A DNA stretch of 64,000 nucleotides from Eledone cirrhosa. Its lineage: Eukaryota. The notes beneath the pieces are model-generated. The model saw nothing but the letters and a program-made list of their open reading frames with translations. It had not been told where the DNA came from and ran no database searches. This document shows positions 50,096 to 64,000 of this stretch, in pieces (position 1 is the stretch's first letter; each line of letters opens with the position of its first letter). A program made the translations under genes and the position numbers. The stretch is taken from contig OZ024740.1 in the NCBI GenBank assembly GCA_964016885.1, forward strand, positions 78,368,001-78,432,000. The letters are read 5' to 3'.

Positions 50096-52602
50096 TTCCT
50101 TGAATCTCAGTCATTGATGTTGGTTAACTGGAAAGTCCGTTGGATTGAATATCAAGCCACTACCTGCAGCCTCAGATATTCAGGACGTATCGGAGGGTTC
50201 TTGCCGTTCCAAGCAAGCATGCCTTTTGAAGCGTTCCAAAAAGCGTGAAGGGGCCGATTTTCTTTAACCATCCCTGGAAACCTTTGGAGATAGTCCCCAG
50301 TGCGCCTATGACAATCGGGATCACTTTGACTTCATGGCAGTTCCAAATCCTTTTCACCTCCCACTTTAGGTCCTGGTATCGGTTAATTTTCTCCCTCTCC
50401 TTCTCTTGCACTCTCGTGTCGAACGGGCAGGCCACATCCACAATCAGGCACGATCTTTTTTCTTTGTCCACAACCACCAGGTCAGGTCTATTGTGTTCCA
50501 GTTTTTTGTCCGTCTGTATCCTAAAATCCCACAGCACCTTCACCTGACTGTTCTCCATCACCGCCTCTGGCCTATGCTCATACCATTTCTCAGAATGTGG
50601 TAGATTGTTTACTTTGCACAGGTGCCAGTGGATCACCCTGCCCATCACATCGTGTCTCCAGCCCTTATAGTGGGTCTGGGCTAGGTGTTTACACTCGGAC
50701 ACAATGTGAGCCACAGTCTCCTCTCTCTCTCCACAGATCCTGCACAGTGGGCTAGCCTCCTCCTTGTAGATATGGTGCTTCAACCACTTCGTTTTGAGGG
50801 CCTGCTCCTGCGCAGCCATTAGCATTCCTTCTGTAGCCTTTTTGAGGTCTCCTCTTCTCAACCAGTTCCATGTCTGTGGATCTCTAAATTCAGTTTTCTC
50901 AAAGAAGGTACTATGAAGGGATTTTCCCTTAAGGCTGCTCTTCCTCCTTGATGTTATTTCCTCCTTGGGTATCCCCTGGCCTACTGTCCCCTCCTTCAGT
51001 ACAGCTCTGAGCATTGGCTCCTTACTATAGGTCACGTATTTGTATAGGTTGTTTTTCTCCATCTGAACACAGTCCTCTATGCTGATAAGACCTCTTCCAC
51101 CCTCAGATCTCCTTAGGTAGAGTCTATCGACATCACTCCTCTTGTGGAACATGTTGTAGATAGTCAATAGCTTCCTAGTCTTCCTATCCATTTCTTTTTG
51201 TTCAGCAACATTCCATCTCAGAATTCCCGCACTGTACCTAATAATAGACACAGCTCGGGAATTTACTGCGCTTATGGCATTTCTGCTGTTCAGATGTGAC
51301 TTCAATACGCTCCTTACTCTCCGAATGTATTCAATTCTTAACAATTCCTTCATTTTTTTGTTCTTTATGCCATCAGCCTCCAGAACGCCCAAATACTTGT
51401 ATCCTTCCTCAGAGTCAATTTCCTTTATCATCTCACCTGTTGGTATCTGGATCCCGTTACTTCTGCTCAACCTACCCCTCCTCATCACAATGACTCCACA
51501 TTTACCAATACCAAACTGCATACATATATCACTGCTGAAAATACGGACAGTGTCAACAAGCACATCCAACTCCTTCTCACTTTTCCCGAAGAGCTTAAGA
51601 TCGTCCATGAAGAGGAGGTGATTGATGGTAAGCTCTCCCCTTCCCAACTTGTATCCTGCTCTCACTTTTCGCAGCATAATGGTCAAGGGCATCAGGGCAA
51701 GGACAAACAACAGAGGGGACAGGCTATCTCCCTGGAAGATACCTCTCTTGATCTTCACGCTTCCCAAGGATACTCCAGTTGATGTCAACTCTGTCTCCCA
51801 GGACCCCATACTCCTGCCCAGCAACTGCCTGATGTTATCTGCCACCCTGAAGATCTCCAGGCTTTTGGTGATCCAGGAATGAGGCACCATGTCAAATGCC
51901 TTTCTGTAGTCTATCCATCCCATGGCAAGATCAGTGTGTCTCCTCCTGCAATTCCCCATTACCATCTTATCAATAAGCAACTGGTCCTTTGTACCACGTG
52001 ACTTCTTTCGGCATCCTTTCTGTTCGTCCGGCAACAAGTTGTTTGTGTGGAGGTGATGGTAGATTTCCTCAGACACAATGCTCGTCAACAGTTTCCACAT
52101 TACGGACAGACATGTGATAGGTCTATAGTTGGTAACATCATTACCCTTGATTCGGTCTTTCATTATCAGAACTGTGGTACCTTTTGTCAACCACTCTGGC
52201 ACCTCACCCGACACCAAGCAGTCATTGAACATGGCCGTCAGCTTCGGGTGGAGGGATGTTAAATGTTTAATCCAATACCCCTGCACACCATCTGGGCCTG
52301 GTGATTTCCAGTTGGTTAGTTTTTTGGCTTGCCCCTTAAGAGTTTCAACTGTGATACTCAAATCAGTCTGTTGCTGTGCCTGCTCACCGATCTCCCTCTG
52401 TACTGTCTCAATCCACCCTGCCTGGGCATTGTGTCTAACATCCTGCTCCCATATTCCTCTCCAGAATGTTTTAGCTTGTTCCGCCCCAGGGATCAAGTCG
52501 GTGCCTCTTTCTTTCCCCTCAAGCTGTCCAAACAGCATCTTCTGGTTGTTGTCGAACATGCGGTTCTGTTTATACTGACTGACTCTGTTCTCGTATCGCC
52601 TG

Positions 52603-52603
<1 letters not shown>
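50096..52603 (-). mobile_element. R4/Dong family 1 copy, 5'-truncated, open frame, A-to-G-rich
   Basis: Collinear with 33978-36485; uninterrupted frame to the stop at 50172. Confidence 0.95.
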
Positions 52604-52661
<58 letters not shown>

Positions 52662-52672
52662 CATTGTTATTA

Positions 52673-53317
52673 CTCTTTGAGACTCAGTCATTGATGTTAA
52701 TTAACTGAAAAGTTTGTTGAGATGAATATCAAGCCACTACCTGCAGCCTCAGATATTCAGGACGTATCGGAGGGTTCTTGCTGTTCCCAGCAAGCATGCC
52801 TTTTGAAGCGTTCCAAAAAGCGTGAAGGGGCCAATTTTCTTTAACCATCCCTGGAAACTTTTTGAGATAGTCCCTAGTGCGCCTATGACAATCGGGATCA
52901 CTTTGGTTTCATGGCAGTTCCAAATCCTTTTTACCTCCCACTTTAAGTCCTGGTATCGGTTAATTTTCTCCCTCTCCTTCTCTTGCACTCTCGTGTCGAA
53001 TAGGCAGGCCACATCCACAATCAGGCACGATCTTTTTTCTTTGTCCAAAACCACCAGGTCAGGTCTATTGTGTTCCAGTTTCTTGTCTGTCTGTATCCTA
53101 AAATCCCACAGCACCTTCACCTGATCGTTTTCTATCACCAACTCTGGCTTATGCTCATACCACTTCTCAGAATGTGGTAAATTGTTTACTTTGCATAGGT
53201 GCCAGTGGATCACCCTGCCCATCACATCATGTCTCCAGCCCTTATAGTGAGTCTGGGCTAGGTGTTTACACTCGGATACAATGTGAGCCACAGTCTCCTC
53301 TCTCTCTCCACAGATCC

Positions 53318-53318
<1 letters not shown>
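52673..53318 (-). mobile_element. R4/Dong family 1 short 3' copy
   Basis: Nearly identical to 35840-36485; (TAA)n flanks. Confidence 0.95.
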
Positions 53319-53354
<36 letters not shown>

Positions 53355-53774
53355 TTTCAAAGTAAAAGGTGTCATGAATGATACAAAATCAAACATCAAA
53401 CATATGTCTTGTCTCTAAAAACAGCTCAAGATAGCGAGCCTTAATCATTATAAGAAAGTGAATGTAATATATTCATACACACATAACCTGTATTGAGTGA
53501 GATTAGATAATTTTGAAATTCTCTCACTGATAATCCGTTTCAAAATATCTAATTTTGTCGTTATTTGGTGAAATGTATTCTGGTTTTGTGGAGAATACAT
53601 ATAAGGGAAATACATTGATCGTTATCAGGTATGTTGTTTCAAATTTTTTATTAAATTTAATAAGGTTCTCAACGAATTATGTAATCTTACTTTCAGTGCA
53701 GATTGACTCTAGTCTTAAGCTTTGATATACCTTAGTGCGCACTTATGTGTGTATGAATATATTTCATTCACTTT

Positions 53775-53837
<63 letters not shown>

Positions 53838-54142
53838 GTGAGGTTTTTTTTACAAAATGAAAAATAACCGAGGTGTCCTACACGAGTGAAAGTATAAAGA
53901 AAAAAGATGAAATCGAAAATGCAACTGGAGTCTTATTTTTTTTTAAAATGTATATATTTATTTGGTTCCTTTACCGGTTTCGCATTTCTTCTGCTTTTCA
54001 AAAGTAGAGTTGAGATGGAGGGTCTGTGGTTTTTTCTCACAGATGTGAGAACTGCGAAACCGGTAAAGGAACCAAATAAATATATATATATTTTTTTAAA
54101 TAAGAGTTCAGTTGCATTTTCGATTTCATCTTTTTTCCTTAT

Positions 54143-54175
<33 letters not shown>

Positions 54176-54643
54176 CAAATTTTACGAATGCAGATTCGGT
54201 GTGCAGCTAAGCACTCAATGGAGAATATTACCCCAGAGTTATAACATTACGTTTAGACAGCTTTGCAAATCAAATACAGCGACCGATAATCGGGCCGCAT
54301 TGCCATAGCGACGAAAAAAACTGAACTCAGGAAAAAATTTGACTGACCTGGACCGCCACGTAGACATGAAATGCAACACATAACGTATAGCATACAATAT
54401 ACACCACATATAACATACATCTCCGCTAGGTTTCTATAAATCCGAGATCGACAAATTCCACTTGCAGGGGTCTGCAAGTTAATGGCTTTTGACGACAGAA
54501 CAAAGGAGTTTACTTCGCCAACAAGTTTTTCGTTCTATTCCTCAACGGGTGTATTTTCTAGCAGTAAACTTCGCTAGAGACACGTGGTTTTCCCAAGGGG
54601 AGGTAACCCCCGTTTTGGCGGTCAATTCGAATATATATATATA

Positions 54644-55516
54644 CTAGCAGCTGAGCCCGGTTGCACCCGGGGCCACTTTTTATTAAGTTAATAATTTGTA
54701 AAATATTATTGAAAGTTTATTATAAAGAAGCAATTTCAGGAAAAAAAATTAAAATATGTACTTGGGGCTGTTTATTAACAGCGAAATAGCAATGTCGATG
54801 ATATGCAAGTTTGAAAATGCAGATTATGAAGGTTTGTATGATAGTTTACACTTTGATTGCCCTGGTCAGCAAGAGGGGCCTCTATATATTAGACGTTTAT
54901 TAGAAGAGGCGGAAATAACTAACCCCAGTATTAGAACAGGGGTTTCGCAATGTAAGGGTTTTATTTCTTTTGTTAGAAAACAGTGACCTTTTTCGGTTTG
55001 GCATTTCGTAAAATTGACTTTGAAAAATACTACTTACTATTAGTGGTGGTTAACATGTATTAGAATTAAAATAAAAACACGCGTCCCTTCTTCGCAATTT
55101 AAGGGTTTTATTTCTTTTGATGTAAAACAGTGACCGTTTTCGGTTTGGCATTTCGTAAAATGGTACTGCAGAAACGATTTCATAAAACAGTACTGTATGT
55201 TAACAGCGAAAGAACGTTGTGTTTGATATGTTATGAAAAAATTGATGAGTTTAAAAATTTGTATGAAATTCGGAAAATAACTCATCCAAGTATTAGAACA
55301 GGGGGAAATAACTCACCGGAAGCGATAGTAAATAGACCGTTTGGGGGCCATAGGGACCACATTTTTCAAGTTAGAGATTTGAAACCTCGTCTATTTGCTT
55401 CCTTGGCACTTTTTACATAGGTGTGTAAAATTTCATGTCTGTCCCACCACGTCTACTACCACTTAACCGTGCACATCTGAATTCCAACCACCACCATTTC
55501 ACAAATATATATTAGA
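54644..55516 (-). mobile_element. Non-autonomous Helitron-like element
   Basis: Minus strand A|TC ... hairpin GCCCGGGTGCAACCGGGC ... CTAG|T. Confidence 0.65.
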
Positions 55517-55868
55517 TATATATATTCTTTTTTTTTTTGCTGCAATTTTGGGACAATAGCAATACTTCTGTGATAAGGCTCCCTTTGATCATATTTCGAC
55601 GAAGTCGTACCGAAATGAAATATATTTTTTAAAATATTGTATTTCTTATTACTTTCATTATTGCATATTTCCGTTCATTTATGCTTTCATGACTGTATAT
55701 TTTTGATCTGTATTCCTAGTTAGCTAAAAGTAAACTCAGAAAGTTTTTCATCATGTTTTCCAAGTTCATGTTGATAATGAGAAATAGCAATCAGGATAAT
55801 GACATAGACTTTCTACGATTGCAGTTTGTCTAGATTGAAGTTAGATACTTGAGTTCTCTTATCGAATA

Positions 55869-56527
55869 CTAGCAGTAAAGCCCGGCGTTGCTCGGGGTCG
55901 CTCAGTAGCTGTGTTAAAGTTAAAATGTTAAGTTTCTTTTTTGGCTTAAAGTCTGTCTGCACGACTGTCTGTCTGCACGCCTAACGAAATTTACAGATAC
56001 ATATATTTTAAATAAACTTATATAATTTTTGCTTTTTTTTACGAAATATTTGCTTGTTTTACGTAGTCTTTAAATAGACTTGTTTTCAAGTAAAAATATT
56101 GTTTTAAAAGGCTTTTAAATGGAAATGAAGCAAAACGGAAGCTTAGTGTTCGAACTGATGAATTTTGCAGGTCAAAATTTTGCTGGCTCGACAACTGTTC
56201 GTGTATTGTGTTAATGTCATTTTAAACGCTGAGAAAGCCAGCGTAATTTTTTTAATTTTTGCACGCAGAAAATGTAAACAGAACGTAAGACGCTCAATGT
56301 AAACAGAACAAAGGGAAATAACTCGTCACTTACGCTCAAAAATCGATACATTAGATTCGATTTCGTCACATAGGGTGGGTCAATTTGAAATATTTTTTTC
56401 CGAAGACTTCGCTAGTGCTCAATATACAAGTATAGCAATTTCGGTGCAATTCCGTCAGAGATTCTAAGAGGAGATGTGTGCCAAAAATCGATAGACAGAC
56501 AGACAACCACAGCTTTATATATATAGA
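55869..56527 (-). mobile_element. Non-autonomous Helitron-like element
   Basis: Minus strand A|TCTATATATATAAAG..(TGTC)n ... CCCGAGCAACGCCGGG..CTAG|T. Confidence 0.75.
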
Positions 56528-56543
56528 TAATATATAATATATA

Positions 56544-56678
<135 letters not shown>

Positions 56679-56826
56679 GACAGACACAGACACACACACA
56701 CATATATATATATATAGTTAAAACTTGGACGGGAACAAAAACAGAGAGGCAGTACAAATAAGAGTTTATTAGGTTCACGCTTTTGAGAGTGGGGGAGGGG
56801 ACATATTTATATATATATATATACAT

Positions 56827-56897
<71 letters not shown>

Positions 56898-57040
56898 AAT
56901 GAAAAATGGCGTGCTGCGTTGTTGCAAATGGGATACATATGAATAAAATTAGAATAAGAAGACAGGACTGTCCGTCATCAGTGATCTTCCAGCCATCATT
57001 GGTATTTCTTCGCATATATATACATATATATACATATTTA

Positions 57041-57233
<193 letters not shown>

Positions 57234-57564
57234 CCACAACAGTTAGTTCACCAGAGAATAAATGTTTCACCTTCACACACACACACAACTGTATGTGTGT
57301 GTGTGAATTTAAACACACCACACGCAAATATATACATGTATATATAGATATTATACAAGAACACCCCTTCACAGATGGATGTTGTTTATACATTTAAGTG
57401 GTTTCATGTATACACATATACCTTGCTGCTATATTATACCACATCACATATATTACATGACAGATATGTACTTTATACTCTTGCTTGTGTATATAACTAG
57501 GCTCGGATACAATCTCTCTCTTCCCCTCTCTCTCTCTCTATATATATATATATGGGTGTGTGTG

Positions 57565-57640
<76 letters not shown>

Positions 57641-57718
57641 TTTTTATATTCTATATATATATATGTATATACATCAAAATTCCTCTACTGCAGTTTCAAA
57701 GCGTAATATCAATATCAA

Positions 57719-57786
<68 letters not shown>

Positions 57787-58045
57787 AGACACCATATATA
57801 TTTCGGTGGGTACCTGGTACCTACTGGGGGTATCTATATCATTTATCTTATTCTCCTTAATGTAGAGAAAAAATGTTGTATCATGCTGCTATTTCTAGCA
57901 GCATGAAATATCAGTGAGTCTATAATTCCCGCTTTTTCTAACGATCCAATAAGTGTGTGGGTCATTTTAACGGCTTGATTCATTCACTGGGCAGAGGGTG
58001 ATATATCTACATGTATACGGACTTATGTCTGGTAGATTTGGAAAA

Positions 58046-58125
58046 GCCATCTGAAGAGGTATATCTTTCCATTGGAAATTCTCTGAATTTCCAATCTTTT
58101 GATAAGCGAAACCGTCGGTCATGGC
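58046..58125 (+). ncRNA. Minimal hammerhead ribozyme
   Basis: gccat-CTGAAGA-..attggaaatt ctctg aatttccaat..-GAAACC-gtc-GGTC-atggc. Confidence 0.8.
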
Positions 58126-58195
58126 ACTAGAAGAGGTAAATATTTAAATCGTATTTTAATTTATTTGAAAGATTATTTAATGTTTACTTGTTCCG

Positions 58196-58262
<67 letters not shown>

Positions 58263-58433
58263 TCACACACTTATAAACCCTTCCTATTTAGCAGGAAATA
58301 TTCGCTACACACATCCTGTCCTAACACAAGTTATATGATTCATATGACTTAATATTCAGTCACCAAATTTTAGTTAGATACAGTAATGCTGTATTCGATT
58401 CTTTGAAGTCACCTGTTATTCAACAAAACCACC

Positions 58434-58502
<69 letters not shown>

Positions 58503-58924
58503 ATTTTTCTTCTCTCTCCCCATCTCTCTTTCTCCCTTTCTATCTCTTCCATATATATATTTTTGAAAAGGGAGTAAGGTTCTATACAAAACAGGTTATA
58601 GATAAAAAAAAGTAGGATTGGAAACAGCATGGAAATATATTTAAAGAATCTGTTTTTCTTTTTTTATTCTTTGATCCGTCAAAGTGACATTATTGAAAAA
58701 ATGAGAACATTTTGTTTTAAAGTAAAAATGAGTTTTACAAAGTAAATAAAATATATAAACTATTACCGGTTTTTATGTAATACACCTAATCAAATATTAA
58801 CTATTATAATTGAAAAGAATTAAAAAAGAATTAAAAATTAAAAATTCAGTGTTGAAGGTCTGTTCATCTTTCTTGTTGGGAGGAAGACTGGGTCTAAAAA
58901 GAACCTTATATATAGAGAGAGAGG

Positions 58925-58981
<57 letters not shown>

Positions 58982-59149
58982 CGTGACTTTTCACAGAACA
59001 AAAGTTTTTTTAGGGAGAGGAATTTATCTGTATATATGTGTGTGTATCTCAATTGTGTTTAAGAACTGGTCAAGTGTTCAGTTGTGGGTGGCGAAGAGGG
59101 AAAATGTAAGCTAGGGACAATTGCTTTAGGGGAGAGATATATATAGGAT

Positions 59150-59735
59150 TTTTACCACCTCCGACTTGGACGAGTTGACCTAGAGGCCGATTCCTGCCAG
59201 GGCAGGAACCACCGATTGTAGGTTATGGCAGACAGTCTCTACGGGCCCGCCCAGCGTAGCATCATCCAGGTACCAAACGTTGAGAGGGGCCGTGATACTT
59301 CGGGCAATGTGGTCTATACCAAGGGCAAACAGGTGGGGACGCAAAGGGTCACCCTGTTGGACCCCAGGGCCGAAAGTATGCCCGTATCAGCAGCAAGGAG
59401 CATGCTTGGGGCTCCATATGGTAGGTAGGCCAGCGGGTAGGCAGAGGGGATCGGATGGGGCAGGCATCGAGCAGATCGTACGGGCGCATGTCAAGCTTGA
59501 CAATGAGGTGCCTGGAGTCCCTGGCTGCTGGTTCCGGTGGGCAGCTGTTGAAGAACTGCCTGACTGCATGTGCGGCCCCCTCACAGCCACCGGACACGCC
59601 GACACCCAGTTAAACAGTACTGAACTCCTCACCCAGTTCAGGTGTTATGGACTTGCAGACCACCTTAGCAGCCAGCCTCCAGAAGACAATACCCAGAGCG
59701 ATGGAGCGTATGCCACTATCTTTCTTCTTGAGATA
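59150..59735 (-). mobile_element. CRE-clade non-LTR RT fragment
   Basis: KKDSGIRSIALG..RLAAK, GGCEGAAHAVR, VKLDM, QGDPL, NVWYLDDATLGG; frameshifted. Confidence 0.75.
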
Positions 59736-59818
59736 GTATTGTAAAAGAATTTCTATTTTAGCAATATGTTTTGAGAGGGTATGAGTGTGTATGTGTGAGT
59801 GCTTATATATATATATAA

Positions 59819-59881
<63 letters not shown>

Positions 59882-59969
59882 CGTGTGTGTGTGTGTGTGC
59901 GTGTTTGTCTTATTGTAAGTGTGATGGGATCAAAACTTAGAGAAATATTTTAAGGAAAAGAAGAAAATG

Positions 59970-60009
<40 letters not shown>

Positions 60010-60186
60010 TGCTTTTGTAATGTGGTGTGTGTGTTTTAGTTTGTTTGTTTGTCACAGGTATTTTTGTGGTGCGTAATTTAAAAAAAAACACATTATAGTA
60101 TTAGTGATGGCTTTTAATCAGGAATTTGGATAGAGGTTATTTTTGGAAAATCTGTGTATAAATAATTTCTTTTTTATTTCGTGGTG

Positions 60187-60241
<55 letters not shown>

Positions 60242-60429
60242 AAGTATATGTGTGTATATATATATACACACACGCGTGTATGTGTGCAAATGTATCGATC
60301 TGTCTATATATGCGTGTGCTTAATCACACGCTAAAATCATTGTTCGCAAGAAGGCTTCTGATCGAGCGGACTGGATGGTCATTCCAGTCTAGGACATAAC
60401 GTCTTTTATTAGGCTACTATATATATATA

Positions 60430-60911
60430 TCTAAACTATAATAAAGTAAGGAGCGCGGGACTGCGCACGGTTTATAATTTTTTATCCCCTTAGTAAAATA
60501 AATTGGATTACTTTGAATAAATAATGAATGAATATTAGATAATTTATCTACTAAATTTCGTGGCTGTTCATTAAATATATTTTATTACTTATTTAAAGAT
60601 TCACTTCTTTAAAATGTTCAAATGGCAACACTTTCGGTTAGCGATCGCTTAAATAAATATTCATATATTTCCATCACTAATTTTCTCCTAATGCAGTTTA
60701 TATATAATATCGTCTTTTTTTATGTATCATGGATTACGTTACTGATTACATAAGACAGTGTAACGCAGTCTTCGTTCAATTTCTGTGTATATTGTCAATT
60801 ACGATTTTATTTGATGTATCATATCTACATGCATATATACTTGCGTATAATATCAATATACACACTACACATGCTAGCAGAAAAGCACCCGAAAGGGTGG
60901 TTTTTCTGCTA

Positions 60912-60912
<1 letters not shown>
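60430..60912 (+). mobile_element. Non-autonomous Helitron-like element in (TA)n
   Basis: A|TC start; 3' hairpin CTAGCAGAAAAGCACCC-GAAA-GGGTGGTTTTTCTGCTAG|T. Confidence 0.65.
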
Positions 60913-60963
<51 letters not shown>

Positions 60964-60968
<5 letters not shown>

Positions 60969-61077
60969 AAAAGTTTAACCCCGACGGCAGAGCTCAAGCC
61001 GTTTCGACGGCTATTTCTGTACTGAAATAGCCGTCTAACGGCTTGAGCTCTGCCGTCGGGGTTAAACTTTTTCCTAT
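60964..61077. repeat. GC-rich hairpin, ~54-bp arms, 6-nt loop
   Basis: Arms are reverse complements with about 3 mismatches; (TA)n-bounded. Confidence 0.8.
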
Positions 61078-61153
61078 TACCCACTCTACTACCCTAAGAA
61101 TTGAGTACTCTGGTTCGTTATGGTCCATCTAGTTCCTTACCACACCTCCTTCG

Positions 61154-61225
<72 letters not shown>

Positions 61226-61465
61226 AAGGTATATATTGAGTTAGAAACTCAAAGTTGTCTCTTACAATTAAATAGCTCAAAGAAAGAGGTTTTTCTGAGC
61301 CGTGTAATATAACTGAATGTAAAAGAGAGATAAACACAGATATAAAGATATGTGCGTTTAAATCGTAAGGGACCAGATTCGTTAGAGTGAAAAAAATACT
61401 AACTATGAACAATAGGGTTTGCCAGACTCAATTTAAAATAATAAATCAAGAAAAGAAAAATGCAA

Positions 61466-61536
<71 letters not shown>

Positions 61537-61541
<5 letters not shown>

Positions 61542-62518
61542 AATTAAGTTAAAGATGTACATCCATATATGTATACTGAAATACTAGTATGTATATGAAT
61601 ACACACACGTATACATATGTAGATGTACCAAGTTTTTTCACTGGTCACTTTACTGTGAGTGGCCAGCTATTCTGTATGTAAACACACAGACAAACCGGTT
61701 TTTAGAGTCATACTGGTTTTTGAGGAAACACCTTTCCTCTATTTTCCAGAAAGCCAGACAAGGAATATTGAACTAGTTTCGTTGTTGTTACAACTCATCA
61801 GCAATATTTACCTATCTTCCGGCCTCATAAGAGAATCGTAAAAGCACATATCGTTATATGCTTTTTCTATGAAAATTAGTAGTGGGCAGACTAATTTGCA
61901 TAGAGTGTGAGTAAGTACCGGTTCAACGGAGACGATAAAAACAAATAACGAAACGAAATTAAATTTCGTTTCGTTTGTAACTCACTTTTGTATGACTGAC
62001 GCTTAAACAATTAAGTTAAAGATGTACATCCATATATGTATACTGAAATACTAGTATGTATATGAATACACACACGTATAGATATGTAGATGTACCAAGT
62101 TTTTTCACTGGTCACTTTACTGTGAGTGGCCAGCTATTCTGTATGTAAACACACAGACAAACCGGTTTTTAGAGTCATACTGGTTTTTGAGGAAACACCT
62201 TTCCTCTATTCTCCAGAAAGCCAGACAAGGAATATTGAACTAGTTTCGTTGTTGTTACAACTCATCAGCAATATTTACCTATCTTCCGGCCTCATAAGAG
62301 AATCGTAAAAGCACATATCGTTATATGCTTTTTCTATGAAAATTAGTAGTGGGCAGACTAATTTGCATAGAGTGTGAGTAAGTACCGGTTCAACGGAGAC
62401 GATAAAAACAAATAACGAAACGAAATTAAATTTCGTTTCGTTTGTAACTCACTTTTGTATGACTGACGCTTAAACAGAGTTACAAACGAAACGAAATTTA
62501 ATTTCGTTTCGTTATTTG

Positions 62519-62525
<7 letters not shown>
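61537..62525 (-). mobile_element. Tandem 467-bp dimer, one hammerhead per unit (61764-61808, 62231-62275); retrozyme-like
   Basis: Units 61537-62003 and 62004-62470 with 2 visible mismatches. Minus strand: aatattg-CTGATGA-gttg taacaa caac-GAAAC-ta-GTT-caatatt. Inverted 49-bp cap at 62477-62525; (TA)n on both sides. Confidence 0.85.
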
Positions 62526-62558
<33 letters not shown>

Positions 62559-63377
62559 CTACCGAGATCCTACTCACTCATGTTATTAGGGACTAGTGCT
62601 TGTAATATTTTGCTTTCTCTATGTGCTCATAACATATAACTTTTTCTTAATTTCTTAAATATTTTTAATTCTTTTTAAATTTTTAATTTTATTATATTAT
62701 TATATTATTTTATTATCTTATTATCTTTTATTATCTTAGTATTTTTTTATTTATTTTATTTTATTTTATTTTATTTTATTTTTTATTTTATTACTTTTCA
62801 TTATATTTTATTAATTGTTTTTACTTTACTTTATTTTAATTTATTTTATTTTATTTTATTATCTTTATTATTTTTATATTTTTTATTTCTTTATAATAAT
62901 TTATATTATGTTTTAACCTTTGCCTGCATTTTTTTATGTATTTTTTATGTATTTTTTATGTACTTTTTTATGCTTTTGCACTTTTTGCTTTTACATTCTG
63001 TATTTTTTGTGTGCCATCTACTATATCTTCATCTTGTTGAATCCGCTTGTGCCTTAACACTTAGCAGAGATGCTTAACAACCCCAGCATGCACCTCTTTG
63101 TTAGCCATCCCCAATCTCCCTATCTTAATTTCGATTGTTCGTGTGACTAGGTTTTTGTGAAGCTTATACTCAATACTGTATTTATTAGGCTCTGAGGATA
63201 TCTGCCAAAAGGTGAGGATGAAACATTGTAAGTGAATAAAGACTGTTTGAGTATGTAAGCGCTCTTTGGTTTCTTTTGCATATAACGGCTCTGTTCTTAT
63301 ACATTGAGCTATCACAATACTGCCATAATACAGTACGGTGCGTGTGTGGTTTATGCACATACGCTCTGTGCTTTACG

Positions 63378-63438
<61 letters not shown>

Positions 63439-64000
63439 CAAAACATGATTAGGATTAAATAATATATACTCAAATCTACATGCATAAAAACGTTCAACCA
63501 CAGAGATTTGCCAAATAAATTAATGAAATCACAACTATCTGGATCTTTACTACAAATGCGACCATTTTTCAGGGCGAACTTAAAGAAAGTGAGAATATAA
63601 GTACAAAGGCCCCACTAGATCATGCTCTCCGGACAACTATCGGTCAAACTAAAAGACTAATAATGGGTTTTAGAATTGTATTCCTCTAAACAAAGCTAAA
63701 TTTCCCCCCGAGTAGGTTATATCAGACAGTCAGTGCAAACGGGTTAAATTTCTACAGTTTGAATGTAAAATTACACTCTCTTTACTTTAAAAAAATTACT
63801 ATTTCAATGCGTCGATCGAATTTTGTCAAATCGGACCGAGAAAACAATGTTTCGGTTGGTCTTTCCAATTGCTAATATAATCTATCGGTCGCAACTCCAA
63901 GTAGAAGGAGCAACGTGAAATAAAGTGTCTTGCTCAAGGACATAACGCATCGCTCGCTCCTGGAATCGAAATGACAACCTCACGATTGCGAATCCAGTTC

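Noticed and set aside
52604-52691. Apparent N-terminus MTESQRVITMIIII of the 839-aa ORF
   Set aside because: It is the neighbouring copy's 3'UTR plus (TAA)n read in frame by chance, not a true start.
61659-62308. Duplicated 60-aa ORF
   Set aside because: Non-ATG start, antisense to the hammerhead, and explained by the tandem repeat.

Overview
Eukaryotic, AT-rich, microsatellite-dense window with no confident host gene. The repeat style suggests a mollusc, probably an octopod cephalopod; this is inference only. It is mostly retroelements sorted by microsatellite. (1) Two (AAT)n-hosted arrays. 15.7-36.5 kb holds three head-to-tail full-length Tx1/L1-clade LINEs (one intact) plus R4/Dong copies. 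47.2-53.4 kb holds a Tx1 tail, a SINE and three R4/Dong copies. (2) Many Penelope-like (PLE) fragments and fold-back mini-elements in (TA)n tracts, carrying at least 14 minimal hammerhead ribozyme motifs, including a 467-bp tandem dimer that looks like a retrozyme. (3) tRNA-derived SINEs, non-autonomous Helitrons, and RTE and CRE fragments. Most notable: one Dong copy has a strong sense-strand A-to-G excess (apparent ADAR editing fixed by retrotransposition); all three Tx1 elements have a perfect splice donor on the ORF1 stop, whose use would fuse ORF1 to ORF2 in frame; and a CUUGU stem-loop and ATT target link a SINE to the Tx1 family. All alignments and counts were done by eye.
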